NCBI RefSeq assembly: GCF_006345805.1
Contig: NC_043002.1
Span: forward strand, 120,408,874 to 120,472,873
Length of the DNA: 64,000 nucleotides
From: Octopus sinensis
Taxonomy: Eukaryota
Reading direction: 5' to 3'
Part shown: piece after piece, positions 12,448 to 24,574 of the stretch
How positions within the stretch are numbered: position 1 is the first letter of the stretch
Layout of the letters: every line of letters starts with the position of its first letter
The notes under the pieces: model-generated
The model's input: only the letters and a program-made list of their open reading frames with translations
Database searches by the model: none
Told to the model about the DNA's origin: nothing
Position numbers and translations under genes: made by a program

Positions 12448-12804
12448 CGCAGGAGTGACTGTGTGGTAAGTAGCTTGCTTACCAGCCACATGGTGTTCCG
12501 TGTTCAGTCCCACTGCGTGGCACCTTGGGCAAGTGTCTTCTACTATAGCCTCAGACCGACCAAAGCCTTGTCAGAGGATTTGGTAGACGAAAGCTGTGTG
12601 TGCGTGCGTGTGTGTGTTTATCCCCCTCCAACATCTCTTGAGAACCGATGCTGGTGTGTTTACGTCCTCGTAATCTAGCGGTTCGGCAAAAGCATCCGAT
12701 AGAATAAGTACTGGGCTTACAAAGAAAAAGTCCTGGGTGCCGATTCGCTCAACTAAGGGTTTTGCTCCAGCATGGCCGCAGTCTAATGACTGAAACAAGT
12801 AAAA

Positions 12805-12807
<3 letters not shown>
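12446..12807 (+). mobile_element. SINE family A
   Basis: ggcgcaggagtgactgtgtggtaagtagc ... gactgaaacaagtaaaagaat. Confidence 0.92.
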
Positions 12808-12862
<55 letters not shown>

Positions 12863-12898
12863 CAAATTGGAGTTGTAAGTTACCGCACGAGTGGAATT

Positions 12899-13031
12899 AT
12901 ATATGAAAGAAGGTTTGAAAATGCAGTTTTAAAAGATGTTTATTTACTTTACCGGTTTCACTTTTTAGAAAAAAGTGAAACCGGTAAAGTAAATAAACAT
13001 CTTTTAAAACTGCATTTTCAAACCTTCTTTC

Positions 13032-13036
<5 letters not shown>
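12899..13036. repeat. Near-perfect palindrome (about 68-bp arms), Penelope-like terminus
   Basis: The arms are exact reverse complements. At the centre is GAAA-CCGG-TA (12977-12986), the 3' half of a hammerhead. Confidence 0.9.
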
Positions 13037-13115
<79 letters not shown>

Positions 13116-13251
13116 ATGTATGTATGTATCTATCTATCTATATATATATATATATAAGTTCAGCAAGATTTAGATTCAGATTAATATGGTACTTGAGTTA
13201 AAGGCACCAGAATTTCGTATGGTATTATCCATATAAATCAAATGGGGTGAT

Positions 13252-13391
13252 TATAATGAAAATAAGCAACAAAGGTATCCAAGGTAATGTAGTACAATTG
13301 TTTCATGCTACTTCATTTTACTTCAGTGTTTTATAAAATGAAGTAGCATGAAACACTACCTTGGATATCTTTGTTGCTTATTTTGATTATA
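13252..13391. repeat. Imperfect foldback with hammerhead 3' half
   Basis: aaataagcaacaaaggtatccaaggta pairs with taccttggatatctttgttgcttattt; an inner 21-bp pair is also present. The minus strand has GAAA-CAATTG-TA at 13304-13293. Confidence 0.85.
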
Positions 13392-13399
13392 TATATATA

Positions 13400-13482
<83 letters not shown>

Positions 13483-13486
<4 letters not shown>

Positions 13487-13760
13487 TAATCCAAACATTA
13501 AAGCACAAAAAAACACAACAACGCGAGGACGTGGAACAAATATAGTATTATTGGACGCACAGGAAAGTAGGAAAGAAGGAGGGTTTAACGTTTCGAGCGG
13601 AGCTCTTCGTCGGAAACATAAGAGAAGGAAAGATCCAGAGAAGGGAAAAAAATCGCCAACGCGGTCGCATTTTGAATGACCAGAAGAAAATGACCAGAAG
13701 AAAATGGGTGAAGAAAAGTTCTTTCAAAGACAGTAGAGTGCAAGATGAGGTATGTGTGTG
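13483..13760 (-). mobile_element. Penelope-like non-autonomous element
   Basis: Abuts (TA)n; homologous to 58552-58735; carries a HHR motif. Confidence 0.7.
13583..13617 (-). ncRNA. Minimal type I hammerhead ribozyme, C4 variant
   Basis: GUUU-CCGACGA-A-GAGC(UCC)GCUC-GAAA-CG-UU|AAAC: 4-bp stem I, 4-bp stem II and palindromic ACGU stem III. Confidence 0.6.
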
Positions 13761-14075
13761 TAAGTGTGGATGTGTGCGTGCGCGTAGGTCTGCGTGTGCG
13801 TGTGTGTGTATGTATGTGTGCAATGATAACACGTGTGTGTGTGTGTGTGTATGTGTGTGTCTGTGTGTGTGTGTGTATGTGTGTGTGGTTGTGGCTGTTA
13901 ATCTTTGCGTGTTGTACGGCTTAGTATTGTTTAAGGTCAAGGAAGATACTGCTAGTTTGAAGTATGTGTGTGTGTGCATGTATGTATATGTATCGTGTGT
14001 GTGTTTTTTTTGTAGTGTGTGTGTGGGTTTGTGTATGTATGTGTGTGTTCGTGTGTTATGCGTAGAGTGCGTGCG

Positions 14076-14114
<39 letters not shown>

Positions 14115-14166
14115 ATATATATATATATATATGTATATACTTTATTTAAAGCAGCAGAAAATTCAA

Positions 14167-14216
14167 CAAAACCTGTTACTCTGAGTTTCCCGTTGCCGTT
14201 CATCAGACAATTTTTG
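14167..14216 (-). ncRNA. Type I hammerhead ribozyme
   Basis: CAAAAAUUGU-CUGAUGA-A-CG(GCAA)CG-G-GAAA-CUCAGAG-UA|ACAGGUUUUG. Stem I is 10 bp with one G-U pair and one mismatch. Confidence 0.75.
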
Positions 14217-14493
14217 CTAGAACTTCAGAGTAACAGGTTTTGCTTTAAATAAAGCATATTACTCTACCACTGGTATTTGAGTACTCTTTTTTCCACTTTG
14301 TTTCACATTTATGTGTTTACTCCGGTATATATATATATATATACCGGAGTAAACACATAAATGTGAAACAAGGTGGAAAAAAGAGTACTCAAATACCAGT
14401 GGTAGAGTAATATGCTTTATTTTAAGCAGCAGAAAATTCAACAAAATCTGTTACTCTGAGTTTCTCGTTGCCGTTCATCCGGCTCCATTCTAG

Positions 14494-14543
14494 CAAAAAC
14501 TGTCTGATGAACGGCAACGAGAAACTCAGAGTAACAGATTTTG
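14494..14543 (+). ncRNA. Type I hammerhead ribozyme
   Basis: CAAAAACUGU-CUGAUGA(14504-14510)-A-CG(GCAA)CG-A-GAAA(14521-14524)-CUCAGAG-UA|ACAGAUUUUG. Stem I pairs 9/10; predicted cleavage after 14533. Confidence 0.78.
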
Positions 14544-14569
14544 ATGAATTTTCTGCTGCTTAAAATAAA

Positions 14570-14616
<47 letters not shown>

Positions 14617-14758
14617 CATACATGAGTATGTAGTTATGTTCTATAGACGAGTTGGTAATGAGTTCCTCAGAAAAACATTCAGTTATACTATGGCAATTTG
14701 TAAAGTGACATTGAAATATGACTGCCTTTAATAAAATTTCTTGACCAATATCTCGCAG

Positions 14759-14787
14759 TTACAACAATCATCAAACAACTGTTTGCT
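14759..14787 (+). CDS. Candidate 29-nt micro-exon, copy 2 (x-TTIIKQLFA)
   Basis: cttgaccaatatctcgcAG|...|GTAAGC. Same length and phase as copy 1. Confidence 0.4.
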
Positions 14788-14888
14788 GTAAGCTAAAGAA
14801 TAATACAAACATGAAAAGATACAAAACGTTCCACATGTATAATCTCACAAACGTTTGCATATATATGGGTGTGTCAGTGTGTGTGTGT

Positions 14889-14904
<16 letters not shown>

Positions 14905-14920
<16 letters not shown>

Positions 14921-15350
14921 CTGTGTGTGTTTGTCTCTGTGTGTGCGTGTATGTGTGTGTATACATATGTAATAAGTTCTGTGTGTATGTGTGTGTGTGT
15001 TAATATACACGTGTAGATGTTTGTTTATGTATAAACATAAATGTATATATATACCTTGTATATATACGCTTAGGCAAAAAATGGGATGCATAAACAACAC
15101 TACTACATCATGTGTGTGTGTGCGTGTGTGTGTGTGTGTGTGTCTGTGTGTGTTTGTCTCTGTGTGTGCGTGTATGTGTGTGTATACATATGTAATAAGT
15201 TCTGTGTGTATGTGTGTGTGTGTTAATATACACGTGTAGATGTTTGTTTATGTATAAACATAAATGTATATATATACCTTGTATATATACGCTTAGGCAA
15301 AAAATGGGATGCATAAACAACACTACTACATCATGTGTGTGTGTGCGTGT
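14905..15350. repeat. Tandem duplication, 223-bp period
   Basis: The unique core (gtaataagttctg...cactactacatca) recurs identically: anchors at 14921/15144 and 15110/15333. Confidence 0.92.
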
Positions 15351-15859
15351 GGTGTGAGTGTGTGTGTGCGTGTGGTGTGAGTGTGTGTGTGCGCACGCGC
15401 GTACGAAGAGACATAGGGACACAGAGGGTACGAGAAATGACAAAGAAAGAATCACGACTATAATTAACTCTCCCCGTTGATGTAAGGAGGAAGATATGGT
15501 CTAGTTATTACCAATACACCAAAACATGCATATGCTTATATAAGAATGTGTGTATGAAACTTTATAGGTGTGGATACAAATTCTTCTAAGTCTTAACACA
15601 ATTATTGGTGTTGTAGTGATCGTATGGTGGTATTTACAGTTCATCTCCATCTGAGTTAATCGAATAATAATACATATTATTTATGGTATGACATATAATC
15701 ATAGCCGATTTGACAATGTAATTTCTTAGTAAATATCCATCACTCTGCTAGAATGCAAGTGATAAAATAAATAGGAACGTTACTTTTTGCCTTCCATCAC
15801 CTCGCCCACATTATATATTTAATGTTATATATAGGTGTATATGCGAGCGTGTATATCTA

Positions 15860-16291
<432 letters not shown>

Positions 16292-16686
16292 ACGCACGTA
16301 TAAAAAGTCGTATATAATGTGTGCGCGTGTGTTTGCGTGTGCATATTTCTTTATGTATGTAAATAATAGTCTACTAAAAATGATCGTAACATTTGTATTT
16401 ACTGCGTTTAAGCATGTAGATCAATAAGCAAAAATACATCATATACTTACAATTACAAGTTATTTGGGAATGTATAGAGTACCTATACGTGTAGATATGC
16501 ATAATACCACCTGAAGTGGGTGGACGTATTTGGCGTCTTTTTCTAGCATTTAGGCACAGTGGCTCCTGTACCCTTATTTATAATTATATTCTATATAATA
16601 TCTATATATGAATTTTACCTAAAAGTTCTTATATACTGGCCACTGATAAAATTAATTGATTTTTAATGAATTTATCCTTTAATTAT

Positions 16687-17015
<329 letters not shown>

Positions 17016-17121
17016 ATATATGCATGTATATATATGCATATATATGTAGGTATATACATATATGTATGTATATATGCATATATTATATATCATTTATATT
17101 ATAATATATATATATATATAA

Positions 17122-17152
<31 letters not shown>

Positions 17153-17360
17153 GTATATATATATATGTACATGTGTATAAGCTGTGTGTGTGTGACTGAA
17201 AATGATAAAGCCTAACTGAATACCATCTATATCTACTTTGTTCTTTGAGATATATTGGTCTGCCAGGGACATCACTTTATTACCGGACAAATATGTATTT
17301 CATCTCTCTAAATAAGCAAACCTACTTGGCCTTCATACAAGAACCGTTAAGGAGTATATA

Positions 17361-17392
<32 letters not shown>

Positions 17393-18359
17393 GGCATGTA
17401 CGACGCATATATCGTGTACGACGCAATTCTTTTTGCTTTATTCATTCCAATATACTACTTTTGTGGAGAGTATAATTAGTACTGTAGAAAAAAGATCACG
17501 TTGCAGCCATGTAATAAAAGTGATTTAGAAATACTTGTGACATTATTTCTGTTTAAAGATAATAAACTTTTCACGTATCTGTATGCATGCACTTGTCTGT
17601 ACGCTTACATCAACATACAAACACACATACAACTAAACACAGGCGCATATGTATAAACTGAACAATGCCAGTCAATGTTTGTCTATATATCAGCCAGAGG
17701 GTATTTTTTTGTACTTGTTTTGCACGTCCATTCCTGCTTGTATGTTATATTTTCTTGCATACATCTTCCCTATATACAAATGCTTACACAAGCACATACG
17801 CACACACACACACACACACACACACATACAAGCGCACACCCACACACAAACACAAACACACCCCCACCCATCCACACACACATGTATATATATATATATA
17901 TATTGCATATTATATATTATACATATAAATATATCATGTGCGAGCGTGAGTGACCTGGTCATATGCTTGTAATTTTCTTCTAGACCAACTATAAAAAAAA
18001 CACTAAAACGCAGCGTAATCTGTAGACAGAAACCATTAAAACAGATGAAATGTCCAACTTTAAAAAGAAAAAAACAAATGTAATAATTGGAAATATCTTG
18101 TTCACTGCAACATTGATTGTAGGACATACATAAATACATGCATATCCACATACATATATGCAAGTATATATGTATGTACATATATATATATATATTATAT
18201 ATATATATATGTATGCATGTACATATTCACTTACACACTTACACTTACACACATATGTTCATATGTGTGGATGTAGAGTTCATACGTATGTTTATATGTT
18301 TTTGTATAACAATATATAGTAATGTGGTAATTGGAAATATCCTGTTTGCCGTACCGATG

Positions 18360-18448
<89 letters not shown>

Positions 18449-18627
18449 CATATATATATATATATACGCTAATATCGAACACCGAGAATGAATACTCAAG
18501 TCCGCAATGGTAGTTAAATTTACTCTGTGGGTTAACAAGGCTACTAATGCTTGCTTTCATGTAAAAAGATTCTTTACAATTGTTGAAGAGTATTACATGG
18601 GAACGTATCCAGTTTGGAAGGGAATGC

Positions 18628-18664
<37 letters not shown>

Positions 18665-18763
18665 ATATACTACTAATATAGAATGAAGCTTTTTTACAGA
18701 AAAAAAATTCCACCAAAAAATGTGGCAGCATATTAATATACCTTTAAGGTTAAAAGTATAAAC

Positions 18764-18977
18764 AACTTATAAATAAGGGCTAAAGAAAATTATTTCTATG
18801 CCAATACGCTGATTAACAGACTTTTAAATCGTCAATGTCCACATCTTTACTCGCTACATAAAGCTCTACGTGTTTTCTTCTGTACCGAGTAAATAATATG
18901 TGGAAATTGACGATTTTAAAGTCTGTTATCAGCATATTGGCATAGAAATAATTTTCTTTAGCACTTATTTATAAGTT
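18764..18977. repeat. Imperfect foldback (about 80-bp arms)
   Basis: aacttataaataagggctaaagaaaattatttctatgccaat...ccacat versus atgtgg...attggcatagaaataattttctttagcacttatttataagtt. Confidence 0.88.
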
Positions 18978-18997
18978 ATATATATATATATATATAC

Positions 18998-21133
18998 TAA
19001 CAGAGAGGAAAGGAGTCATGGTGGAGTTACTATATACATCCGCGAAGACCTCGTATCCCACGTCCTTTTGTCACATCAAATTCAGTATGTGACACATTAA
19101 TCTGTATATATATATAAGGCAAGATATGTGTGTGTGTGTGTACGTGATTGTAGTTTAAGCACATCCACAAATTAGCACGTATGTCGCTCAAATTTTAGGA
19201 GGACATTCGTCAACATCCTATCTGGGTTTTGTCAACTTATTTTTTCCCGAGGCACCCATGGATAGCGGTAAAATTCTATTTTCAACCATAGCTTTTAGCC
19301 ATGAAAAAATATCAGCCATAGCTTTTTGATGGCGTCTAACAAAAAAACAAGATAAAGAAAAGTTGAAGAGGGGCAGACAAGGGAAAGACAAAGTGAGAGA
19401 GAGAGAGAGAGTAAGTGACGACGTTCATAAAATATAAAACGTAAAATGTTTTATTTTTTACTTAATCACGAGATATAGTGTTCAAATTCAGGATGTTTTT
19501 GAAAGACACTATATTTTATAATCATAGTATATATACTTTCTCACACAACAATTACAATATATTTATTTTAAATCTTTCATGTTTCTCCCCCCTCTCTCTC
19601 TCTCACACACACACATTACTTTGGGTGCGAAAGAGTTTTGTTTTTATTTTACGCCGAGTAAAAAAGTGTTTTGTTGAGAGTCGATATTACTTAGTTTGGT
19701 TCGAAATAAAGAACTTGATTAGCTTAATAATCGTAACTTAATCCCGGGAAAGCCGGATTATACTGCTAGTCGTACATATAAGACAACTCGATGTAATTAT
19801 ATGTCTACATATCGATCCGCCGGATGCTCCGAAGTTTGAAGACTGCCTTAGAAAAATAGAAGTTCTAGTTACATTAGAACAACACATAAGTGTACTTCTT
19901 TTGGGAGACTTCAATTTTCCCATTGTCGGATGGCCTGAAGGCCTTTCTCTCCGAAGGACAAACAGAACTCCAACCAACTAGGGCAGGTAATATGCTAGAT
20001 CTCTGCTTCACAAATAATATGGATCTCATCCATAATGTGAAATTGATACCGACACTACTCTCAGATCACAACATGGGAGAGCTGACCATGTACGGGCCAA
20101 AGGAAACCACGGGCATGCAGCCTACAAGAAACTCTTAAAGTCTTTTCAATTTGAACTTCCATAAGGCAAACTGGAAACAAATTGAGAAAGAGATCCTCAA
20201 ACAAAACTGGCCTAAATGTCTCTCCTCACCGGACATCGACATGAAATTTCAACAATCCATGTCTGTAATGCAAGCCATATGCTACAAATGTGTTTACGGA
20301 GAGAAAGGCCCCTATACACAAGAACAAAATCCTCATGGAGAGGAAAATTCTTATGGGACTGAATACAAAAATTTCAAATCACCTAAACAATAAAAAGGAA
20401 AGCAGTGAAAAATCCCGCCTAAAAACATAACTGCTGGAGATGGAAAATAATCTGCATCTCTCTCATGAAAAGGAAAGAGCAGACAAAGAAGCCTGGGCTA
20501 TATACAATATAATATCTAACCGCAGAGCCGTCTACTAGTTTGTGAAAGAAACAGCCTCAGTGTACTGCAGAGTAGAGCCACTTTTCGAAAAAGATGGCTC
20601 ACTCACAGGAAACCCAATGAAGATAAATGAAATACTAAATGAGCCATTCAAATGTGTTTTCCATCCTCCCCTAGGACACTTAAAAGTCAGCAATCCAGAT
20701 TATATTTATATTGATTGCATCAATATAAATGAAGACGATGTAATAAGGGCTATAGATGAAATAAACCCGAGCTCAGCTACTGGCCCTGGTGGCCCTAGCA
20801 AGACTACTGCAGTCCCTCTTCCAAAGCTTCCTTACAACGGGCTAACTTGCAAGGAAGCTGAAGGAAGGTAAAATATGTCCTACTCATAAATGATGTAGCA
20901 GAGCAGAGGCCCAAAACTACAGACCCATCTCTCTGACCTCGCACATCAGCAAGGTTATGGAACGAATAGTCAGAAGAAAACTAATCCCCTTCCTCAAGGA
21001 AAATGACTTGCTGACTGACACCCAGCATGATTTCCAACCAGGAAGAAGCAGTTCTTATAACACTATAACTGGGTGTTGAAACAGCTGTTCAGCAAATCAA
21101 ATGTCGATGTGATATATCTCGACTTTGCAAAGG
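18998..21133 (+). mobile_element. Decayed CR1-like LINE ORF2 (APE endonuclease to RT), interrupted by a Helitron
   Basis: RSHGGVTIYIRE; LLGDFNFP; LDLCFTNN; LSDHNM; YRPISLTSHISKVMER-like segment at about 20925-20970; VDVIYLDFAK at the end. Confidence 0.88.
19101..19769 (+). mobile_element. Non-autonomous Helitron (669 bp)
   Basis: 5'-TC at 19101, hairpin atcccgggaaagccggat, CTAG end at 19769; A^T target with no TSD. Confidence 0.88.
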
Positions 21134-21455
21134 TTTACCATTTTGAAGGATACGCGTTTGCAATCCAGGAAAGAAAATATCAACCTGATGCACAAAAAGG
21201 ATAGAGATGTAGGAAAAACCGTAAAATGTGACAACCGATGCAGATTTTGTGGAGTCCACACTAATGATATCACCCACATCATAAGCAGTTGTCCGAAAAT
21301 GTCATCACGGTATTATCTACCGATAAGACATGCTGTTGTAGCTAGGACACTCTATAATGAAATCCGTCGGAAAGATAATCCCGAGGACAAAGAAATAAAA
21401 ACCCACAATATGATAGAAGCTATAACCACTCATAATAAAAAGGAATACTGGTGGA
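21134..21455 (+). mobile_element. R4/Dong-like LINE fragment (CCHC Zn knuckle)
   Basis: EGYAFAIQE; CRFCGVHTNDITHIISSCPKMSSRYYLPIRH (ORF 21125-21544). Confidence 0.8.
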
Positions 21456-21469
21456 CGTCATTGTTTAAT

Positions 21470-22885
21470 ATTAAATTTCACTCCCCAAATATTAATGAAC
21501 TGAAAGTGCATATTCTATATGTGATATGGGATTTTAAGAATTGAAAAGACACCACAAAACAGCTAAGAAAATATGCATTATTTCCGACCATGTTGTCCTT
21601 ACTGACCCGCAAGTGCTAATTCATTTTCAAAGTTTCTTTCTGGAGATTTGTCATTGACTCATCAACTCAGACCAGTACGCTCATCAGGCCTCGATCAGGG
21701 TGCTTTAAGGAATTCAATCCTTGTAAAAGTATTCGGGAATTAGCAATTAACTTCAGCACATTCCAATCCACCATATGCTGCCACTTAGAAAAGATTGAAA
21801 ATGTCAACCGGGTGTTTGTGTTCCACATACACTTAGTGAGAAGAATAGAGAATATCCCATGTCCTTAGCAATAAATCTTCTTTCAAGGTAGACAAATGAC
21901 CTGTTTCTCAAGAATATCATTACAGGTGATGAAAAATGTGTTTTCTATGACAATGTTCAACGCAAAAGGCAGTGGATTGACAAAGATAAATCGCCACAAC
22001 CTACCACAACGGGACTAAGGTTATGTTGTGTGTATTATCCGTTTTAAGTTTTTGAACTGCGGTAAAGCATTAGATGCCGTCTTATACTCTCAACAGCTGC
22101 AACGTCTGCATGAGATTATTTTACGAAAACGCTCTGCACACGTCAGAAGGAGAAACGTTGTGTTTCTCCAAGATAACGCAAGACCACATTCGGCAAGACT
22201 TGGGCTGATCTGTTCTACCCCATCCACCATATTCACCAGACCTTGCACCAACTGATTTCCATTATTTTCGCTCTCAACAAAATGCTCTGATGGGGAAACA
22301 TTTTCTGAAGAGTATCAGGTGAAACTTATGTGGAGAGATTCTTAATGTCAAAACCAGCTGCAGTTTACACGAGAGGAATCAAAAAGCTACCTGAAAAATG
22401 GCAAGTGGTCACGCTAAAATAATGGCAACCATACTGATAATTGAAAATGAGTGGAGGCGCAATTGCCCAGTGGTTAGGGCAGCGGACTCGCGGTCGTGGG
22501 ATCGCGGTTTCGATTCCCAGACCGGGCGTTGTGAGTGTTTATTGAGCGAAAACACCTAAAGCTCCACGAGGCTCCGGCAGGGGATGGTGGTGATCCCTGC
22601 TGTACTCTTTCACCACAACTTTCTCTCACTCTTACTTCCTGTTTCTGTTGTACCTGGTCACTCTCTGTGTCACGCTGAATATCCCCGAGAACTACGTTAA
22701 GGGTGCACGTGTCTGTGGAATGCTCAGCCACTTACACGTTAATTTCACGAGCAGGCTGTTCCGTTGATCGGATCAACCGGAACCCTCGTCGTCGTAACCG
22801 ACGGAGTGCTTCTTTAATTGAAAATAATTCTTTGTAAAATTTTTCATGAGTAAAGGTGTTTAACAAAATCGAAATTTATTTATCA
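21470..22885 (+). mobile_element. Decayed mariner transposon (DD34D-type)
   Basis: ITGDEKCVFYDN, FLQDNARPH and HPPYSPDLAPTDFHYFRS motifs; interrupted near its 3' end by a SINE. Confidence 0.88.
22451..22810 (+). mobile_element. SINE family B (small internal deletion)
   Basis: tRNA-like head. TSD taattgaaaat(g/a)a at 22438-22450 and 22815-22827. Confidence 0.93.
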
Positions 22886-22989
22886 TACATACACGCGCAC
22901 ATACATATATACATACATGCAGGTCTGCATGCCTGCAGGGATACATACATACATACACACATACATACATACATACATACATACATACA

Positions 22990-23021
<32 letters not shown>

Positions 23022-24574
23022 ATTGGTTTCTGGTGGTCTCAACAATAATTCTTTAGATTTTTGATTAAGTGAACAACAATCTGCTAATTGAATTAAAGTA
23101 TAAGTGGCTAAATATTCCACAGACCGGCTAGTGTTAATGCAATTTTCAACGGAATCGGTATCACCCAACAGATGACTAACCAATATCTTTAGAATGCAAG
23201 TTCACTCCTGTTGCGCGGCTTCTATAATTTCGGCCAATTCTTCATAACATTCATAAGGCTTCTATTGATCCGGCACATTTGCCTAAGATGCTACACATTG
23301 TAACAGAATTTGGGATCTCGATATTACGAACCAAACTTCCTAATTTGGTTCGTAAACATTCTTTACTAATGTTTACTAAGCGTTAGTAAGAAAATTACAT
23401 ATTGCTGTTGTTGCTTTCAAATTTTGGCACAAGGCCAGCAATTTGGGGGATGGGGATACCCGATAACCTTTGTCGCAGTCATGAACTGGTATTTATTTTA
23501 TTGGTGATTTTTGCCGAACTGTTTAATTCTACATTTCACAAAATAATATTGAATGTCTGCTGTTTATGTCTGAGGTAGCAATATATGGAAATTTTCACTG
23601 AATTTATAAATCTATGAATATATATCCTGTCACACAGTTATCGTTCATAATTAGATCTTGACTATGTCACATAAAAGACAAACAATATAATTTTTTCAAT
23701 GACATTGGAATATAAAATCTCATTTAGGATACTAGTTAATCTATGTCTTCTGGACAATGTTTCAATCGGCATTTCCGCCCATCTGTAATACAGTGAGGGG
23801 TGGGGGTAAATATTCGTATATAATTTGCAAAGTAAAGATGCGAGCCGTTACAATTTGTATTAGGGTTGCAGTTACTTTTTGTGAGAATGTAAAGCTCCAA
23901 CTTGGTTTTTGAAAAGAAGCGTCATTTGAACACACACTGTATGATTTTCAACACAGAAAAATTACAGCATAAGATGTTCTCAACACTCTGCGTATCTGTA
24001 TGTATGTTTTTGTATGGTTTACTATATAAAAATACACACAAAATAAATTCATCAACGTGTACACACATATACTCACACATTGCTTATTTCTGGGTTGCGC
24101 ATGATGCAGCTATAGGTATGTACATGGATGCGCTTAGGAATGATGTTTGCAGTCATTCATTAGCACCCATAGCGGTGACAGGTGTTAAAAGAAGCATAAG
24201 CTGAACAGAATAAACATGGTGTAATTAGCAATATTGAACACTGCAACTCTTTTGAAGATCAATACATAAATTGATCATAGATTTTCGACGTGGAAACTTT
24301 CAGTGAATACTAACTGACTTAGTTATTTCAATGATGTTGCTCACATGAATCATTTTATATTTAATGTTTTTCTGAAGCAATTTTATCGTTATGGGGTCAT
24401 AAGTCTATCCTTTTCTTCTTAATCATTTAACAATTCTGTATTACGAGAGGAAGGTCTCTGTCGTGATTGAAATACTTATGCTTGTATGCATAAATCAGAT
24501 AACTAAGTATATTTACATAAACCCTCTGACACGCTGAAGTATAATTATTTGAGTCATTACATTTAATTTTCGAT

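Larger units (their letters stand above)
14136..14574. repeat. Nested inverted-repeat complex of a HHR-bearing element
   Basis: Arrangement A-A'(deleted)-B'-(TA)n-B-A-A'. Central arms 14242-14325 and 14344-14427. Confidence 0.9.

Noticed and set aside
14446-14480. Third HHR in the 14-kb nest (minus strand)
   Set aside because: The inversion junction removes stem I and turns CUGAUGA into CGGAUGA; kept only as a remnant.
11690-15350. Direct-repeat units as CRISPR-like arrays
   Set aside because: Eukaryotic context, long two-unit duplications and no repeat-spacer periodicity.
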